From Camelus dromedarius (Eukaryota), in the NCBI RefSeq assembly GCF_036321535.1, contig NC_087436.1, forward strand, positions 9,052,001-9,116,000: a DNA stretch of 64,000 nt, in the 5' to 3' direction. The translations under genes were made by a program, and so were the position numbers. Positions 39,750 to 58,017 of this stretch are shown here, piece by piece. The notes beneath the pieces are model-generated. The model searched no databases. It was not told where the DNA came from and saw nothing but the letters and a program-made list of their open reading frames with translations. The first letter of the stretch is position 1. Every line of letters begins with the position of its first letter.

Positions 39750-39865
39750 ATGCTCATTGTTGCCTATAATGTGTGCCTGAGGATGAAAATGAGATAATAT
39801 ATGTAAAAAGCTCAGCAGAGCGTCTGACATTATTAGACATTTACCAAAGACACATATTCATAATA
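39750..39865 (+). mobile_element. MIR 3' fragment
   Basis: 'gaggatgaaaatgagataatatatgtaaaaagctcagcagagcgtctgaca'. Confidence 0.6.
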
Positions 39866-42800
39866 TGTAAATGACTAGCACGAAACACACTTTAGTCCTC
39901 AGTGTCCCGCCAGCGTAGACTCTTAACAACAATATAGCTAGTGATGAAAGGGCAACATACTTTGTTTTATCAGATCTGAATGCGAGAAGCCAAGAACATC
40001 CAGCTGAGAAGAGAGGAGGGAAAACTGTGTGATAAAAGCTATTGGATCTTTTTGGTGAATGGATAAACATTCTTTTATTGGCAGAACGAGGGCAAAGATG
40101 ATCCTGAGGTAACGCCACAGTGTAACCAGGTGCAAACTTTCCACAGTGATTTAATCCTTCTAATTGTAGTAAAACTTCAAACCATTTTGGCAAATTAAAG
40201 ACTCAATTACGTTGACAGAATTTTGAAGCTATTTGTAAAGTGAGGCTTATTTAAATTTTCCTCAGAAACTGTTACTGTTTTATCACTTAAGACCTCTGGA
40301 GAGATGCTCTTAAATAGGCCTGAATAAACCAAACAGAAATTTAAAAACTCCCCTGAGAAATCGTGGCAGAGGATAACTGATTTGTTGTGCTCCTTAAGAG
40401 TAGAACTATTCTTCAAAAGAAATCATTTCTTGATAATATTTATAAAATTCTCAGTGGGTTTTAAACCCACAATGCACTTCATTTTAACATATCAGCCTGT
40501 CCCTGGAGAACAGAGTGAAATATGGCTTCCTGGGTAGTCCATCCTTCTTGCACACCCATGGGACCGTCTTCATTTTTCTGCTATAATCTTTAATGTAACT
40601 TTCAGGAAGGGTATCTTAAACAAGTGTAAACCTCAGAATTGTGTACTAAATAGAGATTAGTCTGTCTCATTGAATAATAGGCAATATTAAGGTGGAAATG
40701 AGTTGGAGAATCCAATAACATACTGACTACTGAACCGAAATTCACCTTGTTAGTGGAATTCCATATAAATATCATTTTAGAATATGTAACATACGGATTT
40801 GTATGCTATCTCAAAATAACAATAGAATAAGAGCATGTACAAGTGTCAAATAATCACTGATAGAATTGCAAGTTTCCAAACATTTCAACATTTATCTCCA
40901 TGTACACAGAAAAAACACAGATTGATTTTCATTGGCGTGCTTTGCCAGTTAATGTAATTTCAGGTCACTGGTATCTTGAGGTTGGAATTGCTATTTTAAG
41001 CAGAAATAGGCACCAAATGCAGAAAATTAGAAGATTAAAGGCTCTCTGTATACATGCTTGACAGTGCAATAAACGTGTTCTAGCAAATGAGATTACCGAT
41101 TAATCAGGAAATCCAGAAAATTACTGGCTGAGAATTGGTTATTAACATCAAGTGAGGGTACAGCTCACAATTCAACTATTAATGATGAGGAAATGTACAG
41201 TATTTAATTTTCAGAATTTTTTGTTATCTAATAATGGGTAAACTATTGCTTTTATGACTCAGATTTTTCCTCTCAGTCTTGCTTTAACACATTTAAATGG
41301 CTATTCATAGTTTCCAGTAAGATAATGTTTCAGGCTGATTCCCATAAATATTCAAGAAAAAAATTAGATTTATTCTAAGCAGAGGGAGGCATTAAGTCCT
41401 AATGCAACCATGTATCTCTGATTTACTTACACCTCGGTGGTCTAGAAGACATTATGTGAGCGTTCTGAGACATGAGTCAGCCAATAGCAATGAAAGCTGT
41501 GACAAACATCATCTTGACAATTTTATTACGTTATAAAAGAAAACACGTTCCTAGAGGGTGTCTGGAAAAACAGAATTTGTACTACTTCAGACGATATAAT
41601 TTATGTACTCCAAGACAATCAGGTATCAAAAACAAAGCTATACTAAACTTATGTCAATTATAGCAAAATTATAAATATGATTTAAGATTAATCTGAAACA
41701 CGAGGCCCTTCATGAAAAGGAAGATGTGCACTCAGTATGCTTAAAATGCATACATCATTTGAATGAACGTCACACAGCCCATCTCGGAATAGAAATTCCC
41801 TTTGGCAACACAGAAATACAAAACTTTGAGTTAATATGAGTGTTTTGAGGATAAATAAGGATAATGATTTCACATATAAAATAACAATTCATGTTTCAGT
41901 TTGCTGAAAGAAAACACAATCTGGGAATTCCTGGAAGGACAGTCTTACATAATTCACTTGAATAAAACATACCTAGCAAAATAAGATAGCATGAATTTTT
42001 ATATTCTTCAGTAATATAGACACAGATGATCAAACAAGGGGGGAAAATGGTGGCACTCAGTCAGTTGTGGGATAATGTGCAGAGATAGTTATAGCTGAAC
42101 TTGTGAAAAGCAATCATGACTGGTATTATCATTAATGTAGAGACCCTCAGGGGTACAACTGCCCTTTTATCATTTCAGGAGTACGTGTGACCTTTGTAAC
42201 TTCTCCACAGTCATGTTTTAAATTTATTTGTATAGAAGTCTAAAAAAAAAGTAATAAATATGTTTCCTTATGCAAAAATGATGGAATAAAACAGGGCAAT
42301 TGTGCTTTGCTCCAGTCAGGCTCTGTCCTAGGACACATTTGGGAAGGGTCAGGTGGATGAGTGTCTAAAATGAAGACTAAGGGCCAGTGCCTGAATGGAA
42401 AGGCCAGAAAGAGTAAGCTGGAACAACCTGTGAAGTTCTATCATTATGATCCGCTGGAGCACACACTCAGGGTGACGTTTTACCGAAGGATTACAATCTA
42501 CTTAGAGTAATTCACCATCTCAGTGAATGTATTTCAAAAGTTAGGATTGTCTTCATGGGGAAAAGAGCCTCCTTATGTCTGACTAGCATTGACACTATGC
42601 CAGATGAAATGTTATCTCCAACTATTAAGATATAAATAAACATTTTCTTGCTTTTTCAGAGAAAATAAAAGGAGATGGCAGTGACTAAATTGTTGGTTCT
42701 CCACAAAACATATTTTGAGAAGATTCGTTTGCTAACTCTGGACGTGACAGAACACCAACTCTTAGGGACAATGCTTGGTGAAGGATGGCAATGGGGACAG

Positions 42801-44309
42801 CTCAGGGGATAAACAGAAATTTGTCTTGAGGTTTCCAAAAGCACTACATGAAGAAAGGAAATTTTAAGAGAGAATCTTCGATGGCCTTGGGGAATTCCCA
42901 GAGGGTTCACAATGGTTTTAAAATTATACTGAAGATTTTGAAGTTTCATTGTTTTTTCATGTTTAACTATATTTTCAAAGTAGCATCAAATCTGTTTTTT
43001 TTTCTTCTATACTTAAATAAATGTATAATAATCTTAAAGCAGTCATTACTTACCTTTGATTCTGGAACTTTCTTGACTTTTTTCCTGCTGGAATTAAAAC
43101 AAAAAGAGGTCAAAATTTGTAAGAATTTGATCAACAATCTGATATAAAACATCACTATAACTAAAGACTTGTTAAAATATTTTGTTGTATGTTTAGCCAG
43201 GAGTCATTGTAACACAATTCTCACCTTAAAAATATTTTATACACATTTTTTTTTATTAGAGTAGTAATCATTCTTAGTGGATATAAATTTTTTTTCTAAG
43301 AAACCAATACATATAAGAAATCAATGCATATAATATAAATAAGAATTTATAAATAAATGGCTAATGAATAATAATCATTATGCCTCTCAAATGCCTTGGT
43401 CTGTTCCATTTAATTCCAACAGATATTGAATGACATCTTCAAAATTTGCTTTCAGAGTCTTTACATTAATCATAAATGGTGAGAAAAAAAAGTTTAGGGG
43501 CAAACAATGAAGAATTCACTAAAAATAACAAAAGATGTTTCAACTGTCTTCCCTTCAGTTTAGCTTAGAATTGGTCCCTGTCTCACTTATCTGAGGCTAA
43601 AGTTGACAACAATTCTATTATTTATTCAAAGCTGCTTCAGTCAGACCTGTCTTTCAATTTGACATACTCCTTATTAGTTCCCAGGCAACCACAGAAGAAT
43701 TAGCTTGCGTTCAAGTTTTTAAGTAGAAATTGTGCACTCTATAACTTCTCAATTAACATTCAAGCACAATTTACTCTGTCTAAAAGTTTCAGGGTCTCAT
43801 ACTAAAAATAATTCTGAAATATGCTTCTAATAAAAATTATATATTTAGCTGCAGAATTGTATGAATGTCAATAAATTTTGGTAAAATGTGTAAACATAGT
43901 AAAAAAACATACAAAACGTATTTTGCTGCAAGCATTCACCTAGTCAGATTTCAGGAATAAAAAATGTATATTGACAAATGTATATTTATTGAATCAGCTA
44001 ACCCAATGTATGAGTCTACTGGACTTTAATACTTTGTGTTCTAAGGCTGTTATCCTAACCCATCCAACCTTTGTGTTTAAATTCCATACTGTCCTTTGTT
44101 AACTAATTTATTTCTTCCAGTTCTGATTTATTTTTAATTTAGAGTATCTGTTGTTCATTTAAACTAAAATTTAAATATAAATTACTTGTTTTAAAACTAC
44201 CTTATTTTTTCAAAATTATAGGGCAAGCACACTTAAATTTTCCAAATAGATACTAATGAAAAAAAAATCTTTCTCTGTCTCTCTGTCTCTGTATCCCCTC
44301 CTTTTTTGC

Positions 44310-45110
44310 CATTCATTCATTCATTTAGTCATTCATTCTTTCAACAGATTTGTATCGATCACTTTTATGTGCCAGACACTGTTCCAGGTGATAAAACTCT
44401 AAAGGATGAACAAAATAGAAAAAAATGATGTCCGTATGGAAACTAACTATGATATAAATGGTAATCAATTCTGCTTAGAAAAAGATACACCATAGAAGGT
44501 GGTAGTGTGGCGTGACTGCCTGCAATTTTATCCAAGTCTACCATGATAATAATTTTTGAGTAAAATTCTGACTGAGATGAAAGAATGATCTCGGCACATA
44601 TCTGGGGAAAACATGTTCACGAGAGAAAAAAAATTGCAAATTGCCTGAGATACAAGAGGTCTGGGTGTTGTCAAAAATACCAGGGAGACCTGTGTGGCAG
44701 GCAGGTGGTGGGAGGGGAGTTTAGGGGGAAGTGCAATAAGGGAGGTAACAGGGGCAGACAGACCAGCACCGGGCTAACTGATTACTTCTTCAGCTTTTGC
44801 ACTGAGAGAGCTGAACAAAACATTGTTTCTTCTCAGGGGAGTCACATCATCTGAGTGACATTTCAGTAGACTCATTCTGGCTGTTGAGAATAGTTTGAAC
44901 AGGGCAAGGATAAAATTAGAGGGACCAGTAGAAGGTCTTGCAGGAATCCTGGTGGGAGGTGATAATAACTTGGAATGAATGGTGTGGTACCAACGGAGCT
45001 AGAATATCAGTTAGAGCTGGAAAGATTTGTTGATAGAATGTTCTGGATGTGAGACAGAACAGACAAGGGTGATCTCAAGCGTCTAAGCCCCTAGAAGAAT
45101 GGCATTACCT
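44310..45110 (-). mobile_element. LINE-2 3' portion
   Basis: Antisense L2 terminus 'cattcattcattcatttagtcattcattctttcaacagatttg...tatgtgccagacactgttccagg' followed by typical L2 body text. Confidence 0.8.
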
Positions 45111-45179
45111 CTAAGATAAGAAAGATGGCCAAATAAGAAACACGTTTATACCTCCTTCGCTTGCCTTCTAGAATTGTTC

Positions 45180-45620
45180 CATTTTGTGAAATTTTCTCTT
45201 GTTATCTGGCTATGCCTGTTTTAGCTCATTTGCTGATTCTTCCTAGTCTCCTCAATTTCTCAATACTAGATTTCCAGACACTGAGCCCTGATGTTTCTTC
45301 CACATACCTCATTCCTTGGGTGATCTCACCTAGTCTTCCAGCCTTAAGTGCAATCCTTTGCCTAGGGACTCTCAAATTTATATCTCTAGCCAATCCTTAT
45401 CCCTTAGCTTCAGATTCATACTGAAGTGTATTCTTGACATCTCTATTTGGATATCTAATAACAACCTACCTGTCACGTCTAAAACCAAACTCTGACTGTC
45501 CCTTACTTCTTTGACCATCTTTCTCATCTGCCCCATCTTCTTCATCTCTCTGTCCTTCTGGTTGCTCAGACACTTAAAGTAATCTTGGTCTATTCTGTCT
45601 CTTAAGAGTGAAGAGCCTGA
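45180..45620 (+). mobile_element. LINE-2 fragment
   Basis: 'ctctcaaatttatatctctagcc...cttgacatctctatttggatatctaata...tctaaaaccaaactc'. Confidence 0.7.
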
Positions 45621-48600
45621 AATTTTCATTTGACTCTGATTTTACTTTGAATACTACTTTGAAGAGGCAATGTAGGCTGATGGTCAAAATGTCTAAAACT
45701 TTTGGAAGGTCCTTCAACAAACATATAAATTTAGAAATCACCAGCCTATGTTTAAATCATCAGTACTGCATTTGGAGAACATACAGTAGAGTTGAATGAT
45801 CTAGAACTGAATACTGTAAACAACATAAGAAAACTATAATGTCAAATTAGTCAAAGAGAATAGGAGGGTGGACAAGTTATAGGAGCACAAACAGGAGAGC
45901 ATGGAATCATGGCATACTAGGGAATGTATTATATAAGAGAGAAATTTTCAATAATGGGGAATTCTTTTGATAGCTCAAGTACAATTATGTGTAAGACAAT
46001 GCCAATCTCTTGTATTGACATAGATGGAATCACTGACTTCAAAGAAAACTTATTTTTGGTGGTATTGGGCCTGGAAGTAAAATTGAAGTTAGTCAAGGAA
46101 GGAGAAGGTGATTGAGAAATGTGTGATGTGGTGAAAATGGGATGGGAGAACATGACTGGGAAAGAAAGGTCTGGGATGGTGTGTAGCTGAACATAAAGCA
46201 AAGTCTGCAGAGATGTGTTTGCTTTTGCTCATTTGCTGTTTTGTTTTATTTTGTATAAATTTAGAATATGTTATTTATATCAGTGAGAATTTAGACTGTC
46301 TAAATGATAGGAGATACATAATAGAAATGGAGAGAATTCAGATAAAAGGGAGAGCTGATTAGACTGTATTTATAAGGTTATTGAAAAGGTAGATGTTATA
46401 TAGAATATAAGTGGGGACAAAATTTAGTTAGAAGGAGAACCGGTTTCTCTGCAATAACTGGAGGGCATAGGAAAGCATGGTTATAGGTGCCGGAGGTTTG
46501 CGGGTTTGACCTGTCGAATTGAACGCGTGCAGTTTGGGATGATTTATTTTCTTTATGCAATGGAAGGAAAGTTGGCTGAGTGGTAGAGTAGGAGGGTTTG
46601 TCAGAAATTTGAGGAGATAGAGTAGACTTTCAACCTATTGGTTTTTGTGAGAGGAGTAAAAGAGCTTGGTGTTGATGGAAGCCTAATTGAGTTTGTCTGT
46701 CATAAATATGCAGTGATATTGATCTAAGCCTTACTTTAGCAAGAGTCAAATAGGCTTAGCACTCACTGATGTCATATTTTATTATGTTCTTTTCTTCAAC
46801 CCCAATTCTCTATTTGTACAATTGTACATAATTATAAATTACCAATGAAATATTTTAAAATATTCTACAAATGGGAAATGCTTCAGAAGCCTGTATTTAA
46901 ATATATGTGTATATATGAATTTAATATATTATAAAAATGTAAAATTCATATGTATGTCATACATAGAAAAACATATATGTATTTAGGATTTTCAAAGTCA
47001 AAACTGTTCCAACTTGTTTCTATGACTAAAATATTGCATATTCACTTGGTAATATATATTTTCCACAATTTTATTTTATAAACTGTTACCTCATATTTCA
47101 AGTGTTAATTTTGAAATGAGGAAATATTAAGAAAATTGGAATTACTGAATTATGTGAGAACTCTTAAGAAGTTGGAAATATTTGTTACCCTGGCTGTGTG
47201 ATACATTTGAGAAACAATCTTACGCCAGGAAATCTTAGGTCTTGTCCATAAGAGTAGAATGTCAATCTCTTGGTATAACTCAATTTTAATATTCTTTCAA
47301 AAGATTTTCTGATAAAGTGATCTTGTCTTAATTGAATAAATATATACTTGGCCACATATAGAAGCTAAATAATAGCAAATGATCTGTGCTTTACTTTGTA
47401 CCATATCATTTCTTAGAAGAATCCCAACGTGCTATATTGATTACATAAATAAACTCCATGAAATCCAGCCCAAAGGTAGAAATGGGCAAATAGATTCTTG
47501 CAGGCAGTATGTTAAAGATTAGCAAAGATAATCTGGACAGAAGTATGGATTCAGAGAAAACACATGATCATAAGGTATGATCTCTTTAAAGTTAAAAAAA
47601 AATATATAATAAATGGAACTGAGCTAAGTCAGGGTAAAATTAAGTCTAGTTGGAAGCAATAATTTTTAAAGGAGATATGGTGGTCCTGAAGCATCTAGGC
47701 AAATTAAAATATACCCAAATAACATCAATACACAGGCAGCTAGTCCTTTAAGGGGGCAGAATGTTATCAACCTGGACGATCTTATTGAGCATTTCTTATC
47801 CAGCATTTGGATTTTGGTATGACATTTATTAACATCTGATGATGGCTATATCATTAAAAATTGACTTCTTATAGTCAAACACTAAAACTAAATATATGGC
47901 CACCATTTCTTCAGACATAGTTTACCGGATACCTTCCATCTCACTACTCTCTGGGTAGAGACAAAACTACCTAAATGCTAAGCACTTCCTCCTCATCATA
48001 ACAACACTGAGTTATAAACATCAGATCATCTGTGACTTGCCCTTCCATTCCATGCTGAAATCACTCTAAGGAAAAGGCAGGGACCCTACACAGGAGATAC
48101 CCATGGATACTCTTTTTTTTTATTGCATATGTATGAGGTTAGATAAATGGGACTACTTATGTGCCCTTTGGTCATTGCCAGGAATCCCACAGGGTCTTCA
48201 CACTGAGAGATGAGGAAAGAAACAAGTGCAGGTAGAATTGAGTTGGTTCCTTAAAAAAGTAAACCGATTCTCTCTTTCATTTTGAGAGAGTTCTTTTAGT
48301 CTTTCAGCAGATTATTCATGAGCATAATTTATCTATACTACATGAAGGAAGTGTATAGAATGCAAGAATCTTTCCACCTTTCATGCAAGAGTGATGAAGA
48401 AAATATTTCTGGGTTGCTATTTTTTTTCTCAGCTCATGGGACTCAGGTCATTAATAAAAAGCATATGGTAAGGTCATGGTAACTAACATGGTAATTAACA
48501 TGGTAATATTAAAAAAGAAGTTATTTTCTTCTTAAGGATTCCTGCTCATTCCAAACATAACATTCTTTGGTTGAACAGGTGGCATAGGCTGAGAAACCAT

Positions 48601-49498
48601 AGACCTCACCTCTCTTTTTAGGGGGGAGAAAGGTATTTTTATTTATTTATTTTTCTTTGCCTAAAATGTGCAATGAAGTGCACTCAAACTGTGCTTAGGT
48701 TGACCATATGCTGGAAAAAAAGCAACTTCTGTCATGGGATTTAAGACAAATCAAATGTATGCAAGAGTTTTACTAGTGTATTAAATAAAGCCCATAATGA
48801 ATCAACTAAACTTAAAATTTTTAAATGAACAAAAGTTACAACTATGTTGGTAGTAGCCAAAAGTAACGTGTCCTAGTTGAGCGAATCTTGCCCTCAATTC
48901 ATAAGATCCACACTTTTTCTTGAAGTAAACTGATGTCATCATTCACCAAAGGTGGCCATATATGTATGTGAATATCTGCTTTATATAAACACTATGGAAG
49001 CTCAGGTAAATGTGTGTAATTTTAAGTTAACGACTTAAGACCAATAGAAAATAGAGAATGGATGGAAAGAAAATATATATAAGTATAAATTTTAGTGGCA
49101 AACATACATAAAAATAAAGTTTAATAATTTTAGAAGTTTAAAATTCCTAGTTTATATTCCTTCTCAGAACTCTTCCCTTCTCCTTGATGTAAATAATAAT
49201 TGTTTTCCATACAACTGCCACCAAACAAAATTTGTGGAGTGCTAATTTACAGCAGCTTACTCATGTTCAATAAATAGTTGTTTAATATTTCCATGTGCTT
49301 GGTGGTGAAAATATACAATATTAAAGATTTTTAAAATATGTATTAGAGGTATTCAGTAATATGGGTTGTAAATTCATGGAAGTTTGGAAGAGAGACCATT
49401 TCAGTAGAGCCAGTCCACCACAATCTTGTAAGAAATCTTTTCCATGCCATTATGATACAAGCACACCCATGAACACGTGAACTTCCTCCCCAGGGACT

Positions 49499-49501
<3 letters not shown>

Positions 49502-49544
<43 letters not shown>

Positions 49545-49546
49545 CA
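49502..49546. repeat. (CA)n microsatellite
   Basis: About 22 AC units with one interruption. Confidence 0.95.
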
Positions 49547-51567
49547 GAGGCATGCACATTCTTTCCCAAAGCGTACTTTGTTGGTGACAATTTAATTATA
49601 AATTGCCTGGAAAATAAGAGGTAATGGCAATCAGAATGCAGTATATCTGGCCTCCTAAATCTTGGGTTTATCTATGTATTTTTGCTAAACTGTAATAGTG
49701 AATTTTCAGTCTTACTTAGTTTAATCACAACCTTCTTATCTTTTATTTAAAATGATTTACCTTGGAATGTGAATCATGTTTCTGATTTAATGTCACCTCC
49801 TTAATAAGCCTCAGTCCCTGACCATTCTCCCTAAAACAACAACCCCATTACTATTTGATTTTTTTAGCTTTTTATTCATTTCTCAGAGGAGTTACTACTT
49901 CCTGGAATACTGTGTATTTCTTTGTGCATGGTATGTTCCCTTTACAAGAATGTATGTTCCATGAGTCTTAACTGGTATATCCACAGTGTCTAGAACTATC
50001 TAGCACCATTCTTAACAGAGTGTCTGAATTCTAGACCTTAACAGTCTGGTGTAAGGACAGGCAAAACACACACACACACACACACATACACAAAGTGAAA
50101 TAAAATGTGACATTCAGTAGTGGAATTATGTATAAAATCTAGACAGTAAGTTCAAGGGAACAACATGTTTGCTCTTCACCTAGGCAGGTGAAGGATGCTC
50201 TGGGAATGCAGAGGATTGTGGAATACACAGAGAGAAGATGAAGTTGTGAAAATAAGTAGTTGATCTTTACAGCAAAAGGAAGAGGAGGATTCTGTGCAGA
50301 AGACACAGCATGGACAACATCACGGACCCATGAGAATGCACGGTAAGACTGAAAAATCACCAGTGGTGTTTGTGGTAGTGCAGAATTGGGATGGTAAACT
50401 TATTCAGTAGAGTTGGGCAACTTGTATGTTTCAGCTGTCTTATGAAATGAAAGTAATTTTCTTTTTTTAAAGAAATGGCATCAGATATATTAACAGTCGA
50501 ACATATGCATAAAATTTGATTAAAATATTTGCTATGGAGAAGGAGAGCAAGAGAGAGAGAGACCTAGCTCTACAGAGACATTGAAAATATAAACTTTAAA
50601 AGCGATGACTATCCATCTACAGCTACGTCTCTTCTGGCTTAATTGTTGATGTGATGTCATTAATTCCCAAGTCAAAAATCATAGTTGCTTCTTAGTGTAG
50701 ATTCCTATCATATTTGATGTTTTATAGGATTTTAAGATAAGATAAAGAGAACTTGTCATTGGATTGATGGATAGTCTCAATATTACTTCAGATTCTGAAT
50801 CCCATAAGCAAGGTTTCAAGAGAGACATGCACAGGATTTAAAAAAAAAATTCAAAATAGAACTGAATTTGCTCACCAAATTTCTCTGATAGTCAATCATA
50901 CTTGTATTATACTTTTATGACATACATGGTAATTTTAAATATTATCTTTAGAAGTTTTATAATGGAAATTGATTTGTATTTACATTTAAAATAAAATCAG
51001 TGATTACTATAGGAGAGATATAATTAATTGCATTCATGGTTTAAATCTAATTGTAAACATCAAAGTTTTTTTTTTTGTCTGATTGTATGTGTGTGTGTGT
51101 TCAAGGAAAATGGATAAGACACATGAATAAACAGTTACTACATATTGTGTCAAATACAATCAATAAGAATTTGCCCAAAGTGCCTCAGAGGATACCTTTG
51201 GTTGATTGACTCATGAAAGACATAAATAAACAGGATCTTAAAAGGTGAGCATTTAACTAGGTGAAGGAATTATGCTATACAGGGCAGAAAAATAGCACGG
51301 CAACATGAGGAATTAGGTAGTGATATGTTCTACATTGGAAATATCACAAAGACTCATAAGCAGAGTAGATAATGAAAATAATCAAAAGGAAAATTATACA
51401 AAAAAAGCCACCACACAGTAAAACATACACAAGCACTTCTCTTCATATTAAAGTATACAATTTTTCATTTATTTCACAATAAATATATATTTGAGGTTTT
51501 TTTTTAAATGCTAGAAGAAAATGCTCTTTTACCTACCTTATAATCTTAAGATAAAAATGACCTGTCT

Positions 51568-55275
<3,708 letters not shown>

Positions 55276-57232
55276 AATGGATAATGCATATTCTAATGAC
55301 TTTCAGATCCTTTATGCATGTATCTCATTTTTGTGTGAAGAAGTTTGATATGTGATTGGAAGTTATCTATTCTATGATCATGTTACCACTTCCAGGTATT
55401 GATACTAAACTACTCTGTCTTTAGATTGAGGTTTGTTTGGAAAATACATAACCAGCATTGTGTCACCAGACAGGGACTAAATATGGAGAACAATAAAGTT
55501 CTGATCTCAGAAGTTCACATTCTATTTGGAGAGACTGATACCTTTTATTACATAATAATGATAAAGCATTTATAGAATGATGTGAAAACAAGAATGAGAG
55601 GGGCAATTGTCTACTGACTATGGGATAAAGGGAGAAATCACTGTGAAAATGAATTTAAAGAATTCAAGCTAAGATTTAAAGGTAAGATTTAAAGAATGAC
55701 AAAACAATTTTCTGGGAAAAAGAGCTTTAAGCTATGCTAAGACACAGAGTTGTAAACTATTTAATCCTTTGGGAGGAACTCTGAATAGTTCAGCATAGCT
55801 CAACTCTATACTTCTTTAGACATGAGAATTACATAAAAATATATTCAAAACATTCTCTTCTATTTTCAGAAGAAAATTTATGCCCACTTAATATTATAGT
55901 TACTTGGTAAAGAGTCATACAAATTAAAGTAAATAATCATAGCAGTTTTTACAGTGTGTTTTTGGAGTGTGAAAAATAATGATGATTTTCCTAACACAAA
56001 TCACTAATTAAAGGATTTGGAATAAATAAAAAATGTAAGTCACTAATTAATTAATGATTTTGACACAGAAATTGGTGAGGTATGATTTAAAATGCAAATG
56101 TTTACATTAGAATTCTTTCCATTTTATGTTTATCCCTCAGTAGATTGGGATTTGTAATTTATTACGTCTACAAGTGGATCATAAGTAATAATTGTCATAG
56201 GAATTTAATGATTTGATTTTTAAATTTCCCATGATCTGGAGCATGTAGTATGCTTTTTCAAGGAATTTAAATTTACAGAGACTATCTGTAACTCACATTT
56301 ATTGTGGAGAATATACTTTGTCCATAAAACTATATCCTGCAATGTAGAAAATATAATCACCTGTAGCCAGGTATTGCAGGTAAACCCAAACTACTATAAG
56401 ATATTCTCGGTGCAAGTAACCAAGGCCACCAAGTCTTGGGGAAATAAGCAGAAGGAGGTCAGTAGCATGGAGTCGAAGTATAAACACACCGACTGAGCTC
56501 CCAGTAGGCAGAGAGTTGGTTGCAAGGGTCTATGAAAGCTAGATTAGGGAATACAAATGAAGGAGAAGAAAAAGGGGGATGAGAAGGAGGAATAGGAGGG
56601 TGAGGAGGAGGAAGGAGGTAGAGGAGGAAGAAGAGAAGAGATTAAAACACTTACATCAGTCTTACTAGGTGGCAAGCAGTTTCTGAGTTCTTTACACGTA
56701 TCATCTCATCTGAGGTTACCGAAGTCATGGTCTAGCTTCCCCTACTTTCATGCTCAACCTGTGGGCTCATGACAGCCTCTAGGAGTTGACGACCATGACA
56801 TGTACAACAGCATTTTCAAGCAAATTACATGAGATTGGAAGCAAAACCATGAGCTAACCTGCTGTTATTAAAGGAAGAGCTGCCCAGTTGGGCTGTCCTG
56901 AAATAAGTGGAAGAATATCTGATAGGATTTTCACTCGTGCTTATGCAGGCAGGTGACTGTAATGTTAGCCTCATTTTAACCAAAGGGTAAGTGAGGCTTA
57001 GGGCCTTGTGTTTATACGAGTTTACTATTTTCAGCTTTATTAGGAAATAATCGACAAATATAATTGGGAGTATTTAAAGTGTACAACCTGATGATATTAT
57101 ATGTATTTACAAAAACATACATACTATGGAATGATTACCAAAATCAAGAGATTAACACATTCATCACATCACATGTTGAATTCTTTTTGTGAGTGGTGAG
57201 AATGTTTAAGATCTCTCTGAGACTTTCAAGTA

Positions 57233-57382
57233 CAGTCATCCCTTGGGATCTGCTCAGGATTGGCTCCAGGACCCCCAAGGATACCAAAATCTATGGATGC
57301 TCAAGTTCCTTATAAAAATGACACAGTACAGTTGGCCCTCCGTATCCATGGTTCCACATCTGGAGATATGAAGGATCGACTG
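57233..57382 (+). mobile_element. MER2-like Tigger (Tc1/mariner) MITE, 150 bp, TA TSD
   Basis: TA|CAGTCATCCCTTGGGATC...GATATGAAGGATCGACTG|TA, with internal 'gattggctccaggacccc..ggataccaaaatc..ggatgctcaagt'. Confidence 0.8.
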
Positions 57383-57559
57383 TATACAAAATGGCATTAT
57401 CAAATATAGTCATTTAGATCCTCAGAACTTCATCTTCTAATAACTTTTTATGTCTGTCCTTTCACCTACATCTCCCCAATTCTTCTTTCCCTAATAATTG
57501 GCAACAAGCATGCTATTTTTTGTTTCCATGAAATTGGCTTTTTAAAAATATTCTGCATA

Positions 57560-58017
57560 CTTTTTATTGAAGTACATTCAGTTACATTTTGTCAATTTCT
57601 GGTGTACAGCACAATGTCCTAGGCATGCATATACATACATATATTCATTTTCATATTCTTTTCATTAAAGGTTGTTACAAGATAGTAAACATAGTTCCCT
57701 GTGCTATACAGAGGGAACTTTTTAAAATCTATTTTTATATATAGTGGCTAACATTTGTAAATCCCAAACTCCCAAATTTATCCCTTCCCACTTCCGTTCC
57801 CTGGTAATCATACATTGGGATAATACTCAGCCATAAAAAAGAATATAGAAACATGGATGGACCTAGAGATCATTGTCCTAAGTGAAGTGAGCCAGGAAAA
57901 GAAAGAAAAATACCATATAATATCACTCATGTGTGGAATCTAAAAAAAAAGAATTAAAAGAATAAAAAGGACACTATGAACTCAAAACAGAAACAGACTC
58001 GCAGACACAGTAAATAG
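57560..58017 (-). mobile_element. Younger 5'-inverted (twin-primed) LINE-1 3' end nested in the older L1, with an 11-bp TSD
   Basis: Antisense terminal UTR at about 57560-57812 followed by the sense upstream segment at about 57820-58017. TATTCTGCATA at 57549-57559 and 58018-58028. Confidence 0.9.

Noticed and set aside
48465..48508. Short tandem repeats (ATGGTAA-based 11-12-mer; others near 49985 and 55670) as a CRISPR-like or functional array
   Set aside because: There are only two to four degenerate units with no spacers, which fits ordinary slippage duplication in a mammalian genome.
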